A stretch of 58,787 bases of DNA, filler included. It is 4 parts of 4 records of this genome, joined end to end, with 100 filler letters (N's around TTAATTAATTAA, not from the genome) between each part and the next. Parts side by side here need not be neighbours in the genome. Positions count along the whole stretch, not along the records: positions 1 to 12,298 come from DRR723986_4060; 3 more parts are not named here. The stretch is one strand, 5' to 3'. Below the pieces are notes generated by a model. That model worked only from the letters and a program-made list of their open reading frames with translations, had not been told where the DNA came from and did no database searches. Shown here piece by piece: positions 1-9,861 of the stretch. The position numbers were made by a program, and so were the translations under genes. Positions within the stretch are counted from its first letter, which is position 1; each line of letters begins with the position of its first letter.

Positions 1-315
1 GGGGCGGATCACCTCGGCGGAAAAGCGGTCGTGGTTCTGTGGGGCCAGACCATCACCGATGTCATGCAACAAGGCACCCACGACCCAGTCGATATCGGCC
101 CCTTCGCGCAACGCGCGGCTTGCCGATTGCAGCCCGTGTTCCAGCCGGTTGATACGATACCCCTCCAGCGAAACCGCGCCCTGACGACGCAACTCGTCCA
201 TCACCCGGTCGGCGGTCAGGGAGAGATAGGGCTTTTCCAGCTTTTCCAGCAGCTCGTAATCCTCTTTGGTGCCGTCCTTCATCTGGGTAAAGCTGACGAG
301 TTGGTCAGTGGTCAT
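1..315 (-). CDS. HD-domain metalloenzyme, PhnZ/TmpB-like (3' end runs off the window; absent from ORF track)
   Basis: Manual translation from ATG at 315 (GGAGGA RBS at 323-328): MTTDQLVSFTQMKDGTKEDYELL...GYRINRLEHGLQSASRALREGADIDWVVGALLHDIGDGLAPQNHDRFSAEVIRP; EHxLQ and ALLHDIG motifs; open to base 1. Confidence 0.85.
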   Translation of the reverse strand, partial: MTTDQLVSFTQMKDGTKEDYELLEKLEKPYLSLTADRVMDELRRQGAVSLEGYRINRLEHGLQSASRALREGADIDWVVGALLHDIGDGLAPQNHDRFSAEVIRP

Positions 316-327
316 GTCGCGATCCTC

Positions 328-1194
328 CTACTGCATCTTCTGGGCGTAAAGCCCGACCTCACCTTCGGCCCCTGCCGTCAGCGCCGCCGACTGCGCTGCC
401 AGCACCTCATCATACAGTGCCAACGACGCGGGGTCGAACAGCCGCGCGGGCGGGGCTACGTTGATCCAACCCTGCATCTCATCCTTGCCGCGCACAAGCA
501 TCGCATAGTCTCGGGTCAAATCGGGCTGGCGCACTTCGGGCGTCACATAGCGGATCGCCATGCCGATACGGCGATCATCCGACATGTTGGGGCCGGATGC
601 GTGAAAGGTGCGGCCGTGATGGAACGACATCTCGCCGGGCTTCAACGCGCCGAAGACCGCGTCGGCCTCGTTGATTCCCTCGATCTGCTGTCCGCGCGAC
701 AGCAGGTTGTCGGCATCGAACGTATCGGCATGGGGCACGATGGCGTTCTTGTGGCTGCCGGGAATGAAGCGCATGCAGCCAGCCTGCTCCGACACATCCG
801 ACAGCGCCAGCCAGGCGGTCAGTTCCTCATCGGTCTCGCCCATGCCCCAATATGTGATGTCCTGGTGCCACGAGACGACCTTGGTGGTTCCCGGTTCCTT
901 GATGAACAGCTCCACCGACCAGACCAGCAGGTTTTGGCCAAGGATCGAAGACACCGGATCCAGAATGCCGGGATCGGATGCAATGCGGTGCAGCATCGGA
1001 ATAACCAATTGGCCGTTCACCCGGAAGAACTGGTTCAGATCATGCCCGCCTGCACCGGCAGCATGATCCCGTTCCAGCGCTTCGACCTCGGCCCGAAGGA
1101 CCGCCGCCGTTTCCGTGTCGAAGGCGCGGATCGGATGCAGAACACCGTCGCGCGCATAGCGGGCTGATTGCTCAGGGGTAAGGAGATTGGCCAT
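328..1194 (-). CDS. Phytanoyl-CoA dioxygenase (PhyH) family Fe(II)/2-oxoglutarate dioxygenase
   Basis: FIKEPG, WHQD (HxD), LTAWLALSD, GCMRFIPGSH, distal HASGPNxSxxRR. Confidence 0.9.
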   Translation of the reverse strand: MANLLTPEQSARYARDGVLHPIRAFDTETAAVLRAEVEALERDHAAGAGGHDLNQFFRVNGQLVIPMLHRIASDPGILDPVSSILGQNLLVWSVELFIKEPGTTKVVSWHQDITYWGMGETDEELTAWLALSDVSEQAGCMRFIPGSHKNAIVPHADTFDADNLLSRGQQIEGINEADAVFGALKPGEMSFHHGRTFHASGPNMSDDRRIGMAIRYVTPEVRQPDLTRDYAMLVRGKDEMQGWINVAPPARLFDPASLALYDEVLAAQSAALTAGAEGEVGLYAQKMQ

Positions 1195-1402
1195 GGTCGT
1201 CCCTCAGGGTCTGCTGTTCGAGATCAGGCTGCCGCGAGGACGCGCGCCCCGTCCGCTTCGATTCCGACGCCAAATTGGTCGCCTTTGGGCCGCAATGCTG
1301 TGGATGACCAAGTTTTTCATTGTCAGATCGTGGTCGGACGGGTTTCATACGCGGCGTGCTGGATGGGAAAATCCAACGACGGAACAAAACGGGGAGACCA
1401 AA

Positions 1403-1744
1403 ATGGGCAAACGCGACGAACTGATCGCCAAGTACGCAGATGACCTGCGTAACAAATGCGGGATGCAACCCGACATGGACCTGCTGACCAAAGTGACCAT
1501 CGGTTGCGGACCTGCGATTTATGACGCGGACGCATCGACCGTTGCAGGGTCGCAGCCAAGCGAACTGGAAACAGTGAAGAAGAACTTTCTGATGAAGAAG
1601 CTCGGCCTTGCCGACAGCGACGACTTGATGGGGGCCATCGATTCCGTGATCGAAACCTATGGCCGGTCCGAGCGCAACAAGTACCGCGCCGTGATCTACT
1701 ACATGTTGACCAAGCATTTCGGCAAGGAAAGCGTCTACGGCTAA
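1403..1744 (+). CDS. DUF2853-family protein
   Basis: GGGGAG RBS before ATG 1403; MGKRDELIAKYADDL...KVTIGCGPAIY...ELETVKKNFLMKKLGL...KYRAVIYYML. Confidence 0.8.
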   Translation: MGKRDELIAKYADDLRNKCGMQPDMDLLTKVTIGCGPAIYDADASTVAGSQPSELETVKKNFLMKKLGLADSDDLMGAIDSVIETYGRSERNKYRAVIYYMLTKHFGKESVYG

Positions 1745-1767
1745 TCCCCGACGCAATCGGCTGCTTG

Positions 1768-1799
1768 GGCCCGCCTGGTTGGCGGGCCTTTGTTTTTTT
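1768..1799 (+). terminator. Rho-independent terminator
   Basis: GGCCCGCC-TGGTT-GGCGGGCC followed by TTTGTTTTTTT. Confidence 0.85.
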
Positions 1800-1823
1800 C
1801 ACTAGCCATTGGGCACAAGACAT

Positions 1824-2591
1824 ATGGAACAGCAGATAAAACTAGCCATCGTCACCGGGGCGTCCAGCGGGGTCGGTGCCGCCACCGCGGCGGTTCTTGT
1901 CAAGCGGGGCTACCGCGTTGTCATGATCGCACGATCCGCCGACAAGCTGGCCGATCTTGCCGCAACGCTTGGGGTGCTGGCCATTGCCACCCCGGCAAAC
2001 GCAGCAAGCGAGGTCGAGATGGGCCCGCTCGCCACGCGAATCCTCGCTGACTACGGCCCGCCCGACCTGATCGTGAACAGCGCCGGGGCGGGGCAATGGA
2101 AACGGATCGAGGACACGACCGAAGCCGAAGCGAGAGAGATGATGGACGCGCCCTACATGGCGGCCTTCGTGACGACCCGTCTTTTCCTGCCTGCCATGAT
2201 CGAGCGTGGGGCCGGCGTGATCCTGCATGTCAATTCCCCGGCCAGCATCGCCACCTGGCCCGCAAGTGTCGGCTATAGTGCCGCAAGATGGGCCTTGAGG
2301 GGCTTGCATGAGGCGCTGGCACAGGATCTGGCCGGATCCGGCGTGCGATCTTGCAATGTGGTGTTCGGTAAAATCAGCTCGGATTACTTCGAGAACAATC
2401 CCGGGGTATTGGAAAAAATGCCCCGAATGGCCAAGACCGTTCCCGACCTGACGCCTGATTATTGCGCCGACAAACTGGCCATGCTGGCCGACGCTCCACG
2501 GCATCAGGCGGTGTTTCCCTTCATGCTGGCGGCAAATGTCCAGCTCGCACGGCTGTTCCCAGGACTGGCCCGCTGGCTGCTGCGGCTTTGA
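1824..2591 (+). CDS. Short-chain dehydrogenase/reductase
   Basis: TGASSGVG Rossmann motif, VNSAG, catalytic region YSAAR. Confidence 0.9.
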   Translation: MEQQIKLAIVTGASSGVGAATAAVLVKRGYRVVMIARSADKLADLAATLGVLAIATPANAASEVEMGPLATRILADYGPPDLIVNSAGAGQWKRIEDTTEAEAREMMDAPYMAAFVTTRLFLPAMIERGAGVILHVNSPASIATWPASVGYSAARWALRGLHEALAQDLAGSGVRSCNVVFGKISSDYFENNPGVLEKMPRMAKTVPDLTPDYCADKLAMLADAPRHQAVFPFMLAANVQLARLFPGLARWLLRL

Positions 2592-2614
2592 CTAAAAACT
2601 TTCGGGCAATTCCG

Positions 2615-2644
2615 TTGAATGGGGCTGCGGATTCGGTCTAGTTT
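2615..2644 (+). promoter_or_regulatory. Putative promoter (TTG-N20-CTAGTT, RpoH-like; alternatively TTGAAT-N18-TAGTTT)
   Basis: Motifs read directly; points into a non-coding structured region. Confidence 0.4.
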
Positions 2645-2649
2645 AGGAA

Positions 2650-2751
2650 TGTCCCGGCCAGGATGGCGGACCCTCATAGAACACGTGCGGAGCGAGTAAT
2701 TGCGCGTGGGTAAAGGAGGGTCCCGGGGGGTCGGGGCCCTCCTTCTTGTTT
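2650..2751 (+). ncRNA. Candidate small RNA, three hairpins ending in a terminator
   Basis: Between convergent genes; hairpins GTCC..GCCA/TGGC..GGAC, CACGTGCG/TGCGCGTG and AAGGAGGGTCCCG/CGGGGCCCTCCTT plus CTTGTTT; upstream promoter-like motif. Confidence 0.45.
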
Positions 2752-3137
2752 CAGAACAGCATCAGCACCACGCCGATGATCGTGCATCCGATCACCGGGT
2801 AGCCGCCGTCGATCCAGATCAGCGACTTGTCGCGAAAGCTGAACAGCACGTTGTTGACCATCCAGGGCAGGGCCACGAACAGGCCAAGCCCGGCCCCGAC
2901 CATGAAACCGCCGCCAAGGGTGGTGATTCCGGCGCTGGCCAGGATGTGCCGGGTCATGCCCGCAACCACCACAGACATCACCAGACTGACGATATAGGGA
3001 AGCGGGCTGGCAGAGGCCTTGATCTGATCTTCGGTCAACCCGTTCGCCGCCATCCACGGCTTTGACAGCGCCATGTACCAGATGGCCCCGAAGACCCAGG
3101 CCGCCGCCCCGGCGGCCAGCACGTTCAGTATTTCCAT
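2751..3137 (-). CDS. DUF1761-family membrane protein
   Basis: Four hydrophobic segments, FGAIWY...WM, IDGGY; last gene of the tsaD run. Confidence 0.75.
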   Translation of the reverse strand: MEILNVLAAGAAAWVFGAIWYMALSKPWMAANGLTEDQIKASASPLPYIVSLVMSVVVAGMTRHILASAGITTLGGGFMVGAGLGLFVALPWMVNNVLFSFRDKSLIWIDGGYPVIGCTIIGVVLMLF

Positions 3138-3188
3138 GTGATCTCTCCCGTTGATCCTGAGAAATCATGCCATGGCTTGCGCACAACC

Positions 3189-3608
3189 CTAAGCGGAAAA
3201 TCCGCCCATCTGACAAATGATCTGCCATTCGTCTTCGGTGACGGGTTGAACCGACAGGCGGGAATTGTTTGCCAGAACCATTCCCGAAACGCGCGGGTCG
3301 GCCTTTACATCGGCCAGCGTCACCGGCGTTTTGAACGGCCCCACGGCCTTGATATCCACGCAGTCCCACCGGGGATCGTCGGTAGTGCTGTCAGGATGGG
3401 CCAATGCGCAGACCTCGACCACGCCGACAATCGCCTTTTCCTTCAGCGAGTGGTAGAAAAAGCCCCGGTCGCCCAAGGCCATCTCTCGCATGTTGTTGCG
3501 CGCCTGATAGTTGCGGACCCCGTTCCATTCCTCGCCCGCCTCGCCGCGCGCGACCTGCTGGTCCCAGGACCATGTGTTGGGTTCCGATTTGAACAGCCAG
3601 TAGCGCAT
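3189..3608 (-). CDS. EVE domain-containing protein
   Basis: MRYWLFKSEP...WNGVRNYQARNNMREM...FFYHS...SRLSVQPV. Confidence 0.95.
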   Translation of the reverse strand: MRYWLFKSEPNTWSWDQQVARGEAGEEWNGVRNYQARNNMREMALGDRGFFYHSLKEKAIVGVVEVCALAHPDSTTDDPRWDCVDIKAVGPFKTPVTLADVKADPRVSGMVLANNSRLSVQPVTEDEWQIICQMGGFSA

Positions 3609-3877
3609 CAGCCGATCACCTTGTTCCACGCCTCTATCCGCACCTTCTCGAACAGGCCGGCCTTGGCATAGGGATCATTCGCGGCCCAATCTTCTGCGCC
3701 CGCGCGATCCTCAGCCTCGATCACGACCAATGATCCGATCATCTCGCCCGCCTCGTTCAGGAATGGCCCGGCATGGGTGACAGGGGTGGATTTCAGATAA
3801 GCGATATGGGCGTCACGATTGGCTTTGCGCACTTCCAGATGTCCCGGTTTGTCGGTGCAGATCAGCGCATAGAGCAT
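3608..3877 (-). CDS. YciI family protein
   Basis: R...RDAHIAYL, AGP, GSLVV, DPYAKAGLF. Confidence 0.9.
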   Translation of the reverse strand: MLYALICTDKPGHLEVRKANRDAHIAYLKSTPVTHAGPFLNEAGEMIGSLVVIEAEDRAGAEDWAANDPYAKAGLFEKVRIEAWNKVIG

Positions 3878-3880
3878 GGG

Positions 3881-4825
3881 TTATTCCTGTTTCAAAGGGC
3901 GGTTCAGAAGCTCTGCCATCACATCCTGCACAGAGACACGCCCCTGACACAAGGCTGCAACGGCATCGGCAATCGGGGTTTCAAGGTCGGTGTGGGACGC
4001 CAGTTCCTGCGCGGTGGCGGCGCCTTCGACGGTGGCCGCCTTGTCCAGCGGTCTCGCGCCTGCCAGCGCCTGCCCATGCCGGTAATTGCGCGATTTGTCC
4101 GAGGTACAGGTCAGCACAAGGTCTCCAAACCCCGAGAGCCCCGCCAAAGTGTCATCCCGCGCCCCTCGGAATGCCGCCACGCGGCGCATTTCGGCAAAGC
4201 CCCGCGCCATCAGCGCCGCCCGCGCGCTTTCGCCAAGCCCCGCACCCATGACCGCCCCCGCTGCAATCGCGATGACGTTCTTCAACGCGCCGCCCAGTTC
4301 CGCGCCGACCACATCGGTGCTGCGATAAAGCCGCAGGGCGGGGGTAGACAGCCGGTCCTGCAAAACCTGGCCAAGCGCATCGTCAGGCAGCGCCAGCGTC
4401 AGGGCCGTGGGCAGACCGGCGGCAATATCGACGGCAAAGCTGGGGCCAGTCAGAACACCCGCCGTCACGCCGGGCACATCGCGGGTGATCAACTGGCAAG
4501 GGGACAGGCCACTGGCCAGATGAATACCCTTGGCGCAGGAAATCACGGTTGCGGCATGGCCGGGCAGGATCGGCAGAACCTCGTCCAGTTTCTGAGTGGG
4601 CACGGCCAGCAGCAGTACATCCGCCGTCAGCTCTGCGATATTCCCGGTCACACGCAGACCATCGGGGAAGGAATGCCCTGGCAGGCGGTATGTGTTCTCT
4701 CGCCCGGCCTGCATGTCCCCGGCCCCGGATCGCGCCCACAGCGTCACCTCTGCCCCGGTGCGGGCCAGCGCAATCGCCAGGGCCGTGCCAAACGCACCTG
4801 CGCCCGCAATATCAACCCGGTTCAT
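3881..4825 (-). CDS. gpsA: NAD(P)H-dependent glycerol-3-phosphate dehydrogenase
   Basis: [43 protein letters not shown]. Confidence 0.95.
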   Translation of the reverse strand: MNRVDIAGAGAFGTALAIALARTGAEVTLWARSGAGDMQAGRENTYRLPGHSFPDGLRVTGNIAELTADVLLLAVPTQKLDEVLPILPGHAATVISCAKGIHLASGLSPCQLITRDVPGVTAGVLTGPSFAVDIAAGLPTALTLALPDDALGQVLQDRLSTPALRLYRSTDVVGAELGGALKNVIAIAAGAVMGAGLGESARAALMARGFAEMRRVAAFRGARDDTLAGLSGFGDLVLTCTSDKSRNYRHGQALAGARPLDKAATVEGAATAQELASHTDLETPIADAVAALCQGRVSVQDVMAELLNRPLKQE

Positions 4826-5901
4826 GCCTTGGCCCCTTTCTTGCCGGACCCGATCAGCGCCGGGCTGCTGCGATCCAGCGGCCAGCGCGGGCGCGCCGAC
4901 AGGTCCATGCCGTCGCGCTGACCTTCACGGTAGGCTTCCCACCCGGCCCAGGCAATCATCGCGGCGTTGTCGGTGCAAAGCTTCAGCGGCGGCGCAAGGA
5001 ACGGCACACCCGCGCTGTAAGCCACATCCTCCAGCGCCGCGCGCAGCGTCTGGTTGGCGGCAACACCGCCCGCTACAGCGAAACAGGTCAGGTCCGATTG
5101 GCCCGCCAGCGCCCGGCGGGATTTCTCTGCCAGCACATCGCGCACGGCGGCCTGGAACGCGGCACACAGATCGGCGCGGTCCTGTTCATGCATCCCGCCC
5201 TGATCCGCGACCAACCCGTCGCGGGTGCGCAGCACGGCGGTCTTCAGCCCGGAAAAGGACATGTCGCACCCTTCGCGGTCCATCAACGGACGCGGCAGGG
5301 GAAAGCGTTCTGGGTCGCCTTTCATGGCCGCCCGTTCCACCACCGGCCCACCCGGTTGCGGCAGGCCAAGCATTTTTGCGACCTTGTCGAAGGCCTCGCC
5401 CGGCGCATCGTCAATCGTGCCGCCAAGGCGGGTAAAGGCATCAGGCCCGTCCACCCGCAGGAACTGGCAATGCCCGCCAGAGACCAGAAGCATCAGGTAT
5501 GGGAAATCAACCCCATCGGTCAGCCGTGGGGTCAGTGCGTGGCCTGCCAGATGGTTCACCCCGACCAACGGCACGCCCAACCCCATGGCCAGTCCCTTGG
5601 CGCACATCACGCCCGACAGCACCCCGCCAATCAGCCCCGGCCCGGCGGTGACGGCGATGGCGTCGATCTGGGCCAATGTCACCCCAGCCTGTTCCAGCGC
5701 CTGTTCCACCATCAGATCCAGCCGTTCGGCATGGGCGCGCGCCGCGATCTCTGGCACCACGCCGCCATAGGCTTCGTGCAGGTCGGTCTGACCGCTGACC
5801 ACCGAGGACAGCAATTCCGCCCCGCCTTCCACGCGCAGAACTGCCGCTGCGGTGTCATCGCAGCTGCTTTCAATGCCAAGAATGGTCAGTCGGTCGGTCA
5901 T
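4822..5901 (-). CDS. tsaD: tRNA t6A threonylcarbamoyltransferase TsaD
   Basis: [54 protein letters not shown]. Confidence 0.97.
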   Translation of the reverse strand: MTDRLTILGIESSCDDTAAAVLRVEGGAELLSSVVSGQTDLHEAYGGVVPEIAARAHAERLDLMVEQALEQAGVTLAQIDAIAVTAGPGLIGGVLSGVMCAKGLAMGLGVPLVGVNHLAGHALTPRLTDGVDFPYLMLLVSGGHCQFLRVDGPDAFTRLGGTIDDAPGEAFDKVAKMLGLPQPGGPVVERAAMKGDPERFPLPRPLMDREGCDMSFSGLKTAVLRTRDGLVADQGGMHEQDRADLCAAFQAAVRDVLAEKSRRALAGQSDLTCFAVAGGVAANQTLRAALEDVAYSAGVPFLAPPLKLCTDNAAMIAWAGWEAYREGQRDGMDLSARPRWPLDRSSPALIGSGKKGAKA

Positions 5902-5949
5902 GGCGGGCGTCGTTGCACTAGGGGTATCTGGCAGGTAACACTCCCCCCG

Positions 5950-6657
5950 ATGCCTGACAATGCCACCCCCCTGATCCTTCTGACGCGCCCCGTTGCGCAG
6001 GCCGAGCGTTTTGCCGATGACTGCCGGGCGGCGTTCGGGGACAGCATCGAGGTTCTGATTGCCCCGATGCAGGACATATCGCTTCTGGCGTTGCCGGATA
6101 TTCCGCCGGGAACGGCGCTGATCTTTACCTCGGAAAACGGGGTGCGCGCGTATCAGACCGGCGGTGGTGCCGCAGGACTTACGGCCTATTGCGTGGGCGA
6201 TCGCACCGCGCAGGCGGCGAATGGGGCCGGATTGAACGCCCTGTCAGCCGGGGGTGCAGCGGGCGATCTGGTGGCGCTGATCCGTGAAGGTCATCACAGC
6301 GGCGCAGTGATGCATCTGCACGGAACCCATGTGCGCGGTGACATCACAAAACGCTTGTCCGATGCAGGGCTCAACGCATCGGGGCATGTGGTCTACGAAC
6401 AGCAGGAGTTGCCGCTGTCGCAAGAGGCAATCCGCGCATTGTCCGGCCCGCGCCGGATAATCGTGCCGCTCTTTTCGCCGCGCAGCGCCGCTCTGTTCGC
6501 CACGGCAGTCCCCCCGTTCTGCCGACCTGATCTGATCTGCATCAGCCCCGCAACGCGCGATGCGCTGCCATCCGAGCTGTTGCCGCGCGCCAGCCTGGCC
6601 GGTTCCCCAACAGGCGCGGCAATGCTCAAAGCCTTGGCGAGACAACTTAGCCCCTAG
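5950..6657 (+). CDS. hemD: Uroporphyrinogen-III synthase
   Basis: [35 protein letters not shown] at 5950, divergent from tsaD. Confidence 0.85.
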   Translation: MPDNATPLILLTRPVAQAERFADDCRAAFGDSIEVLIAPMQDISLLALPDIPPGTALIFTSENGVRAYQTGGGAAGLTAYCVGDRTAQAANGAGLNALSAGGAAGDLVALIREGHHSGAVMHLHGTHVRGDITKRLSDAGLNASGHVVYEQQELPLSQEAIRALSGPRRIIVPLFSPRSAALFATAVPPFCRPDLICISPATRDALPSELLPRASLAGSPTGAAMLKALARQLSP

Positions 6658-6754
6658 CCCTCGCAGGCGCGCCCATGCGAACCTATCTGTGACTCGGCGC
6701 TGCACCGGACGGGATTCTGTGGCGCAACATGAATAGTTTGAAGGAAATAGCACG

Positions 6755-7990
6755 GTGGCCGACCCGAACACGACCCCTCAGGAAACCGATGAAACGCAGG
6801 CTGAAACCGTGCTGGAAGGTGCAGTAACGAACGCGGATGATTCCGTATTGGACGCGGAACTGGTGGACGAGCCGGAAACCCCTGACACCCCTGCTGAGCC
6901 TGAACCACAGGCCGCTGCCCCCGCGCCTGAACCGCGTCGAGGGCCGGGCTTCGTGCCGCTGCTTCTGGGCGGTGTCGTGGCTGCCGGGTTGGGCTATGGC
7001 GCGGCGTTCATGGGCTTTGCGCCGTCCGGACAGGATGACGGGACAACTGCCGCTGCGCTGGCGTCCATTCAGGCATCTCTGGACGAACAGGCTGATACGC
7101 TGACCGCCCTGACCACGCGCGCAGCTGCGCTGGAAGGTCAGATCGAGGCCATGCCGCCCGCACCCGAACCGGTTGATCTTGGCCCGCTCAGCGAACAGAT
7201 CGCCGCGCTTGGCACTCGGATTGATGCGACCGGCAGCCAGATGACCGGCCTGACAGATCGGATTGCCTATCTGGAAACATTGCCGCTTGGTGAAGGCGGG
7301 GAAGGCGCGGACAATTCCGCCGCCGTTGCCGCCGCCGTGGCTCAGATGCAGGCCGCGTTGCAGGAACAAGAGGCCAGCCTTGCCGAGCAGCAAGCCGCGA
7401 ACGCTGCCATGGCCGAACAGCTGGCCGCCGCTGCGACTGCCGCAGAGGACCGCATTGCCGCCGCCGAAGCCCGGGCAGAGGCGCGCGTTGGCGCCGCTAC
7501 CGCGCAAGCCGCTCTTGGCCAGTTGCGCATCGCCGTGGCAACTGGCGCGCCCTTTGCCAGCGCTTTGTCCGACGTCGCGGATGGCGCTGCGGTTGATGTG
7601 CCCGAAGCACTGAGCGCCGCCGCCGAAACCGGTGTTTCGACGTTGGAAGAGCTGCAATCCACCTTCCCTGCCGCTGCCCGTGCCGCGCTGCCCATTGCCA
7701 TCCGCGACACTGCGGGTGAGGGCACCATGAACCGCGTCACCGCCTTCCTGCAAAGCCAGGTCGGGGGCAGGTCGCTTGAACCGCAAGAGGGGGACAGCCC
7801 CGATGCCGTTCTATCCCGCGCCGAAGCCGCTTTGCGTGACGGCGACCTGTCTGGCGTGGTCGCGGAACTTGCAGCCCTGCCCGAAGAAGCGCAGTCGGTC
7901 ATGGCTGACTGGACGAGTTCTGCCGAAACCCGCATCGCCGCGTTGGAGGCGATGGACGCCTTTGCCGCCGCGCTCGACACCGCGAATTGA
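6755..7990 (+). CDS. Mitofilin-domain inner-membrane protein (alphaproteobacterial Mic60, COG4223)
   Basis: Acidic N-terminus, single TM (LLLGGVVAAGLGYGAA), coiled coil, C-terminal RSLEPQEGDSPDAVLSRAEAAL; between hemD and hemY. Confidence 0.8.
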   Translation: MADPNTTPQETDETQAETVLEGAVTNADDSVLDAELVDEPETPDTPAEPEPQAAAPAPEPRRGPGFVPLLLGGVVAAGLGYGAAFMGFAPSGQDDGTTAAALASIQASLDEQADTLTALTTRAAALEGQIEAMPPAPEPVDLGPLSEQIAALGTRIDATGSQMTGLTDRIAYLETLPLGEGGEGADNSAAVAAAVAQMQAALQEQEASLAEQQAANAAMAEQLAAAATAAEDRIAAAEARAEARVGAATAQAALGQLRIAVATGAPFASALSDVADGAAVDVPEALSAAAETGVSTLEELQSTFPAAARAALPIAIRDTAGEGTMNRVTAFLQSQVGGRSLEPQEGDSPDAVLSRAEAALRDGDLSGVVAELAALPEEAQSVMADWTSSAETRIAALEAMDAFAAALDTAN

Positions 7991-8001
7991 GGGGGACCGA
8001 T

Positions 8002-9585
8002 ATGCTTCTCTGGTCCGTCCTGAAGATCATCATCTTCCTGACCGTCGTGGTCGCCGCGGCATTCGGCATCGGCTTTCTGCTGGAAACCGATTCGGTTCTG
8101 TTGATCACGGTGGCCGGCCGTGAATTCGCGCTGACGCCGCTTTCAGGCCTTGTTGCAGGCATCCTGCTGCTGGTGCTGGTCTATGTCGCGCTGCGGCTTC
8201 TGGGCCTGATTCTGGCAACGATCCGGTTCCTCAACGGCGATGAAACTGCGATTTCGAGGTATTTCAACCGCCGCGCGGAACGAAAGGGCTATCAGGCACT
8301 GTCCGAGGGGATGTTGGCACTGGCCTCTGGCGAAGGGCGGCTGGCGATCCGCAAGGCCGAACGCGCCGAGGGCTACCTGAAGCGGCCCGAACTGACCAAT
8401 CTGCTGGTGGCGCAAGCCGCCGAGATGGCAGGCGACACCGCCAAGGCGACCGAGACCTACAAAAAGCTGCTGGCCAATGACACCACCCGCTTTGTCGGCA
8501 TTCGTGGACTGATGAAGCAGAAGCTGGACAGTGGCGATACCGATACCGCCCTGAAACTGGCCGAGAAGGCTTTTGCCCTTCGCCCTGCCCACAACGAGGT
8601 GCAGGACACTCTGCTGACCCTTCAGGCCGGGCACGAGGACTGGGCCGGGGCGCGCAAGACCCTTGCCGCCAAGCTGAAGGCGGGCACCCTGCCCCGCGAC
8701 GTCCACAAGCGCCGCGACGCGGTTCTAGCGCTGGCCGACGCCCGTGATGCTTTGGCTGAAGGCAAGATCGACACCGCCAGCAAAGAGGCCGCCGAAGCCA
8801 ACCGCCTGTCCCCCGATCTGGTGCCCGCCGCCGTTATGGCCGCCCGAATGGCCATCGAAGAGGGCAAGCCCAAGATAGCCACCCGTGTGATCCGCAAAGC
8901 ATGGGACGCCGCCCCGCATCCCGATCTTGCCGCGGCCTTCGCCAGCATCGAGCCAGAGGAAACCCCCGCCGCCCGCATCAAGCGCTTCCGCGTGCTGCTG
9001 GCCAAACACCCCGCCGACCCAGAGGTAAAGCTGCTGGAGGCGGAGCTTCATATTGCCGCCGAAGACTACGCTGCCGCCCGCAAGGCGCTTGGCGACCTGC
9101 CGGAAACCGCCCCCACGGCCCGTTCGCTGACCATCATGGCGGCGATTGAACGCGGTGAAGGCGGCGAGGATCGCGTCGTGCGCGGTTGGCTGGCCAAGGC
9201 CATCACCGCCTCTCGCGGACCGCAGTGGAGCTGCGAAAACTGCGGCCATGTCCATGCCACATGGCAACCGGTTTGCGAACATTGTGACAGCTTCGATACG
9301 CTCGCCTGGGCCGAAGCCCCGCAAAGCGAATCCGCCTTCGGCGGTACCGCCCAGATGTTGCCCCTGATCGTCGGCGCGCTGGAAGATCGCCGCGACGACC
9401 CCGAGATCGCGCAGGAGGAACCCGAGATCGTCGAAGCGGAACCGGTGGAGGATCCCGCATCCGACGCCTCGCAAGCGATGGCCGAGGAAGACGACCCGCA
9501 CGCCCCGGGCCATGTTTTACCGGACATGGGCGAAGTTTCCGACGATGTGGAAACATCGGAACCGGCGCGCACGGCGGCAAATTAG
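8002..9585 (+). CDS. hemY: HemY_N/TPR membrane protein with C-terminal CxxC..CxxC
   Basis: Two N-terminal TMs, TPR-like helices, WSCENCG...CEHCDSF, acidic tail. Confidence 0.8.
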   Translation: MLLWSVLKIIIFLTVVVAAAFGIGFLLETDSVLLITVAGREFALTPLSGLVAGILLLVLVYVALRLLGLILATIRFLNGDETAISRYFNRRAERKGYQALSEGMLALASGEGRLAIRKAERAEGYLKRPELTNLLVAQAAEMAGDTAKATETYKKLLANDTTRFVGIRGLMKQKLDSGDTDTALKLAEKAFALRPAHNEVQDTLLTLQAGHEDWAGARKTLAAKLKAGTLPRDVHKRRDAVLALADARDALAEGKIDTASKEAAEANRLSPDLVPAAVMAARMAIEEGKPKIATRVIRKAWDAAPHPDLAAAFASIEPEETPAARIKRFRVLLAKHPADPEVKLLEAELHIAAEDYAAARKALGDLPETAPTARSLTIMAAIERGEGGEDRVVRGWLAKAITASRGPQWSCENCGHVHATWQPVCEHCDSFDTLAWAEAPQSESAFGGTAQMLPLIVGALEDRRDDPEIAQEEPEIVEAEPVEDPASDASQAMAEEDDPHAPGHVLPDMGEVSDDVETSEPARTAAN

Positions 9586-9628
9586 GACTGTTCAAGCGCC
9601 GGCAGGCTTGCTAAGAGCCAGCCCGCGT

Positions 9629-9704
9629 GCCGATGTAGCTCAGCTGGTAGAGCAACGCATTCGTAATGCGTGGGTCGGGGGTTCGAGTCCCTTCATCGGC
9701 ACCA
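9629..9704 (+). tRNA. tRNA-Thr(CGT)
   Basis: 76-nt cloverleaf GCCGATG...CATCGGC-ACCA, anticodon arm ACGCA-TTCGTAA-TGCGT, GTTCGA T-loop. Confidence 0.97.
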
Positions 9705-9861
9705 TTCTCACTCGGTTTCCTGGATTCCCAACCGCCCCCGGCGCCGGCGTAAAGCCAATGGCCGTACCGGCCCGCAATCGCTTCGGTTGCTTTGTGGCGC
9801 GGTCTGGCAGAGATTGGCATTTCCGGGCCCAATGCCGCCCGACCAAACCCGAACCGGACCC

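Noticed and set aside
328-1194. Fe/2OG halogenase
   Set aside because: HQD keeps the carboxylate ligand; halogenases have HxA/G
9629-9861. Island integrated at tRNA-Thr, or an SOS box before dinB
   Set aside because: No integrase or duplicated tRNA end; no convincing GTTC-N7-GTTC or GAAC-N7-GAAC found
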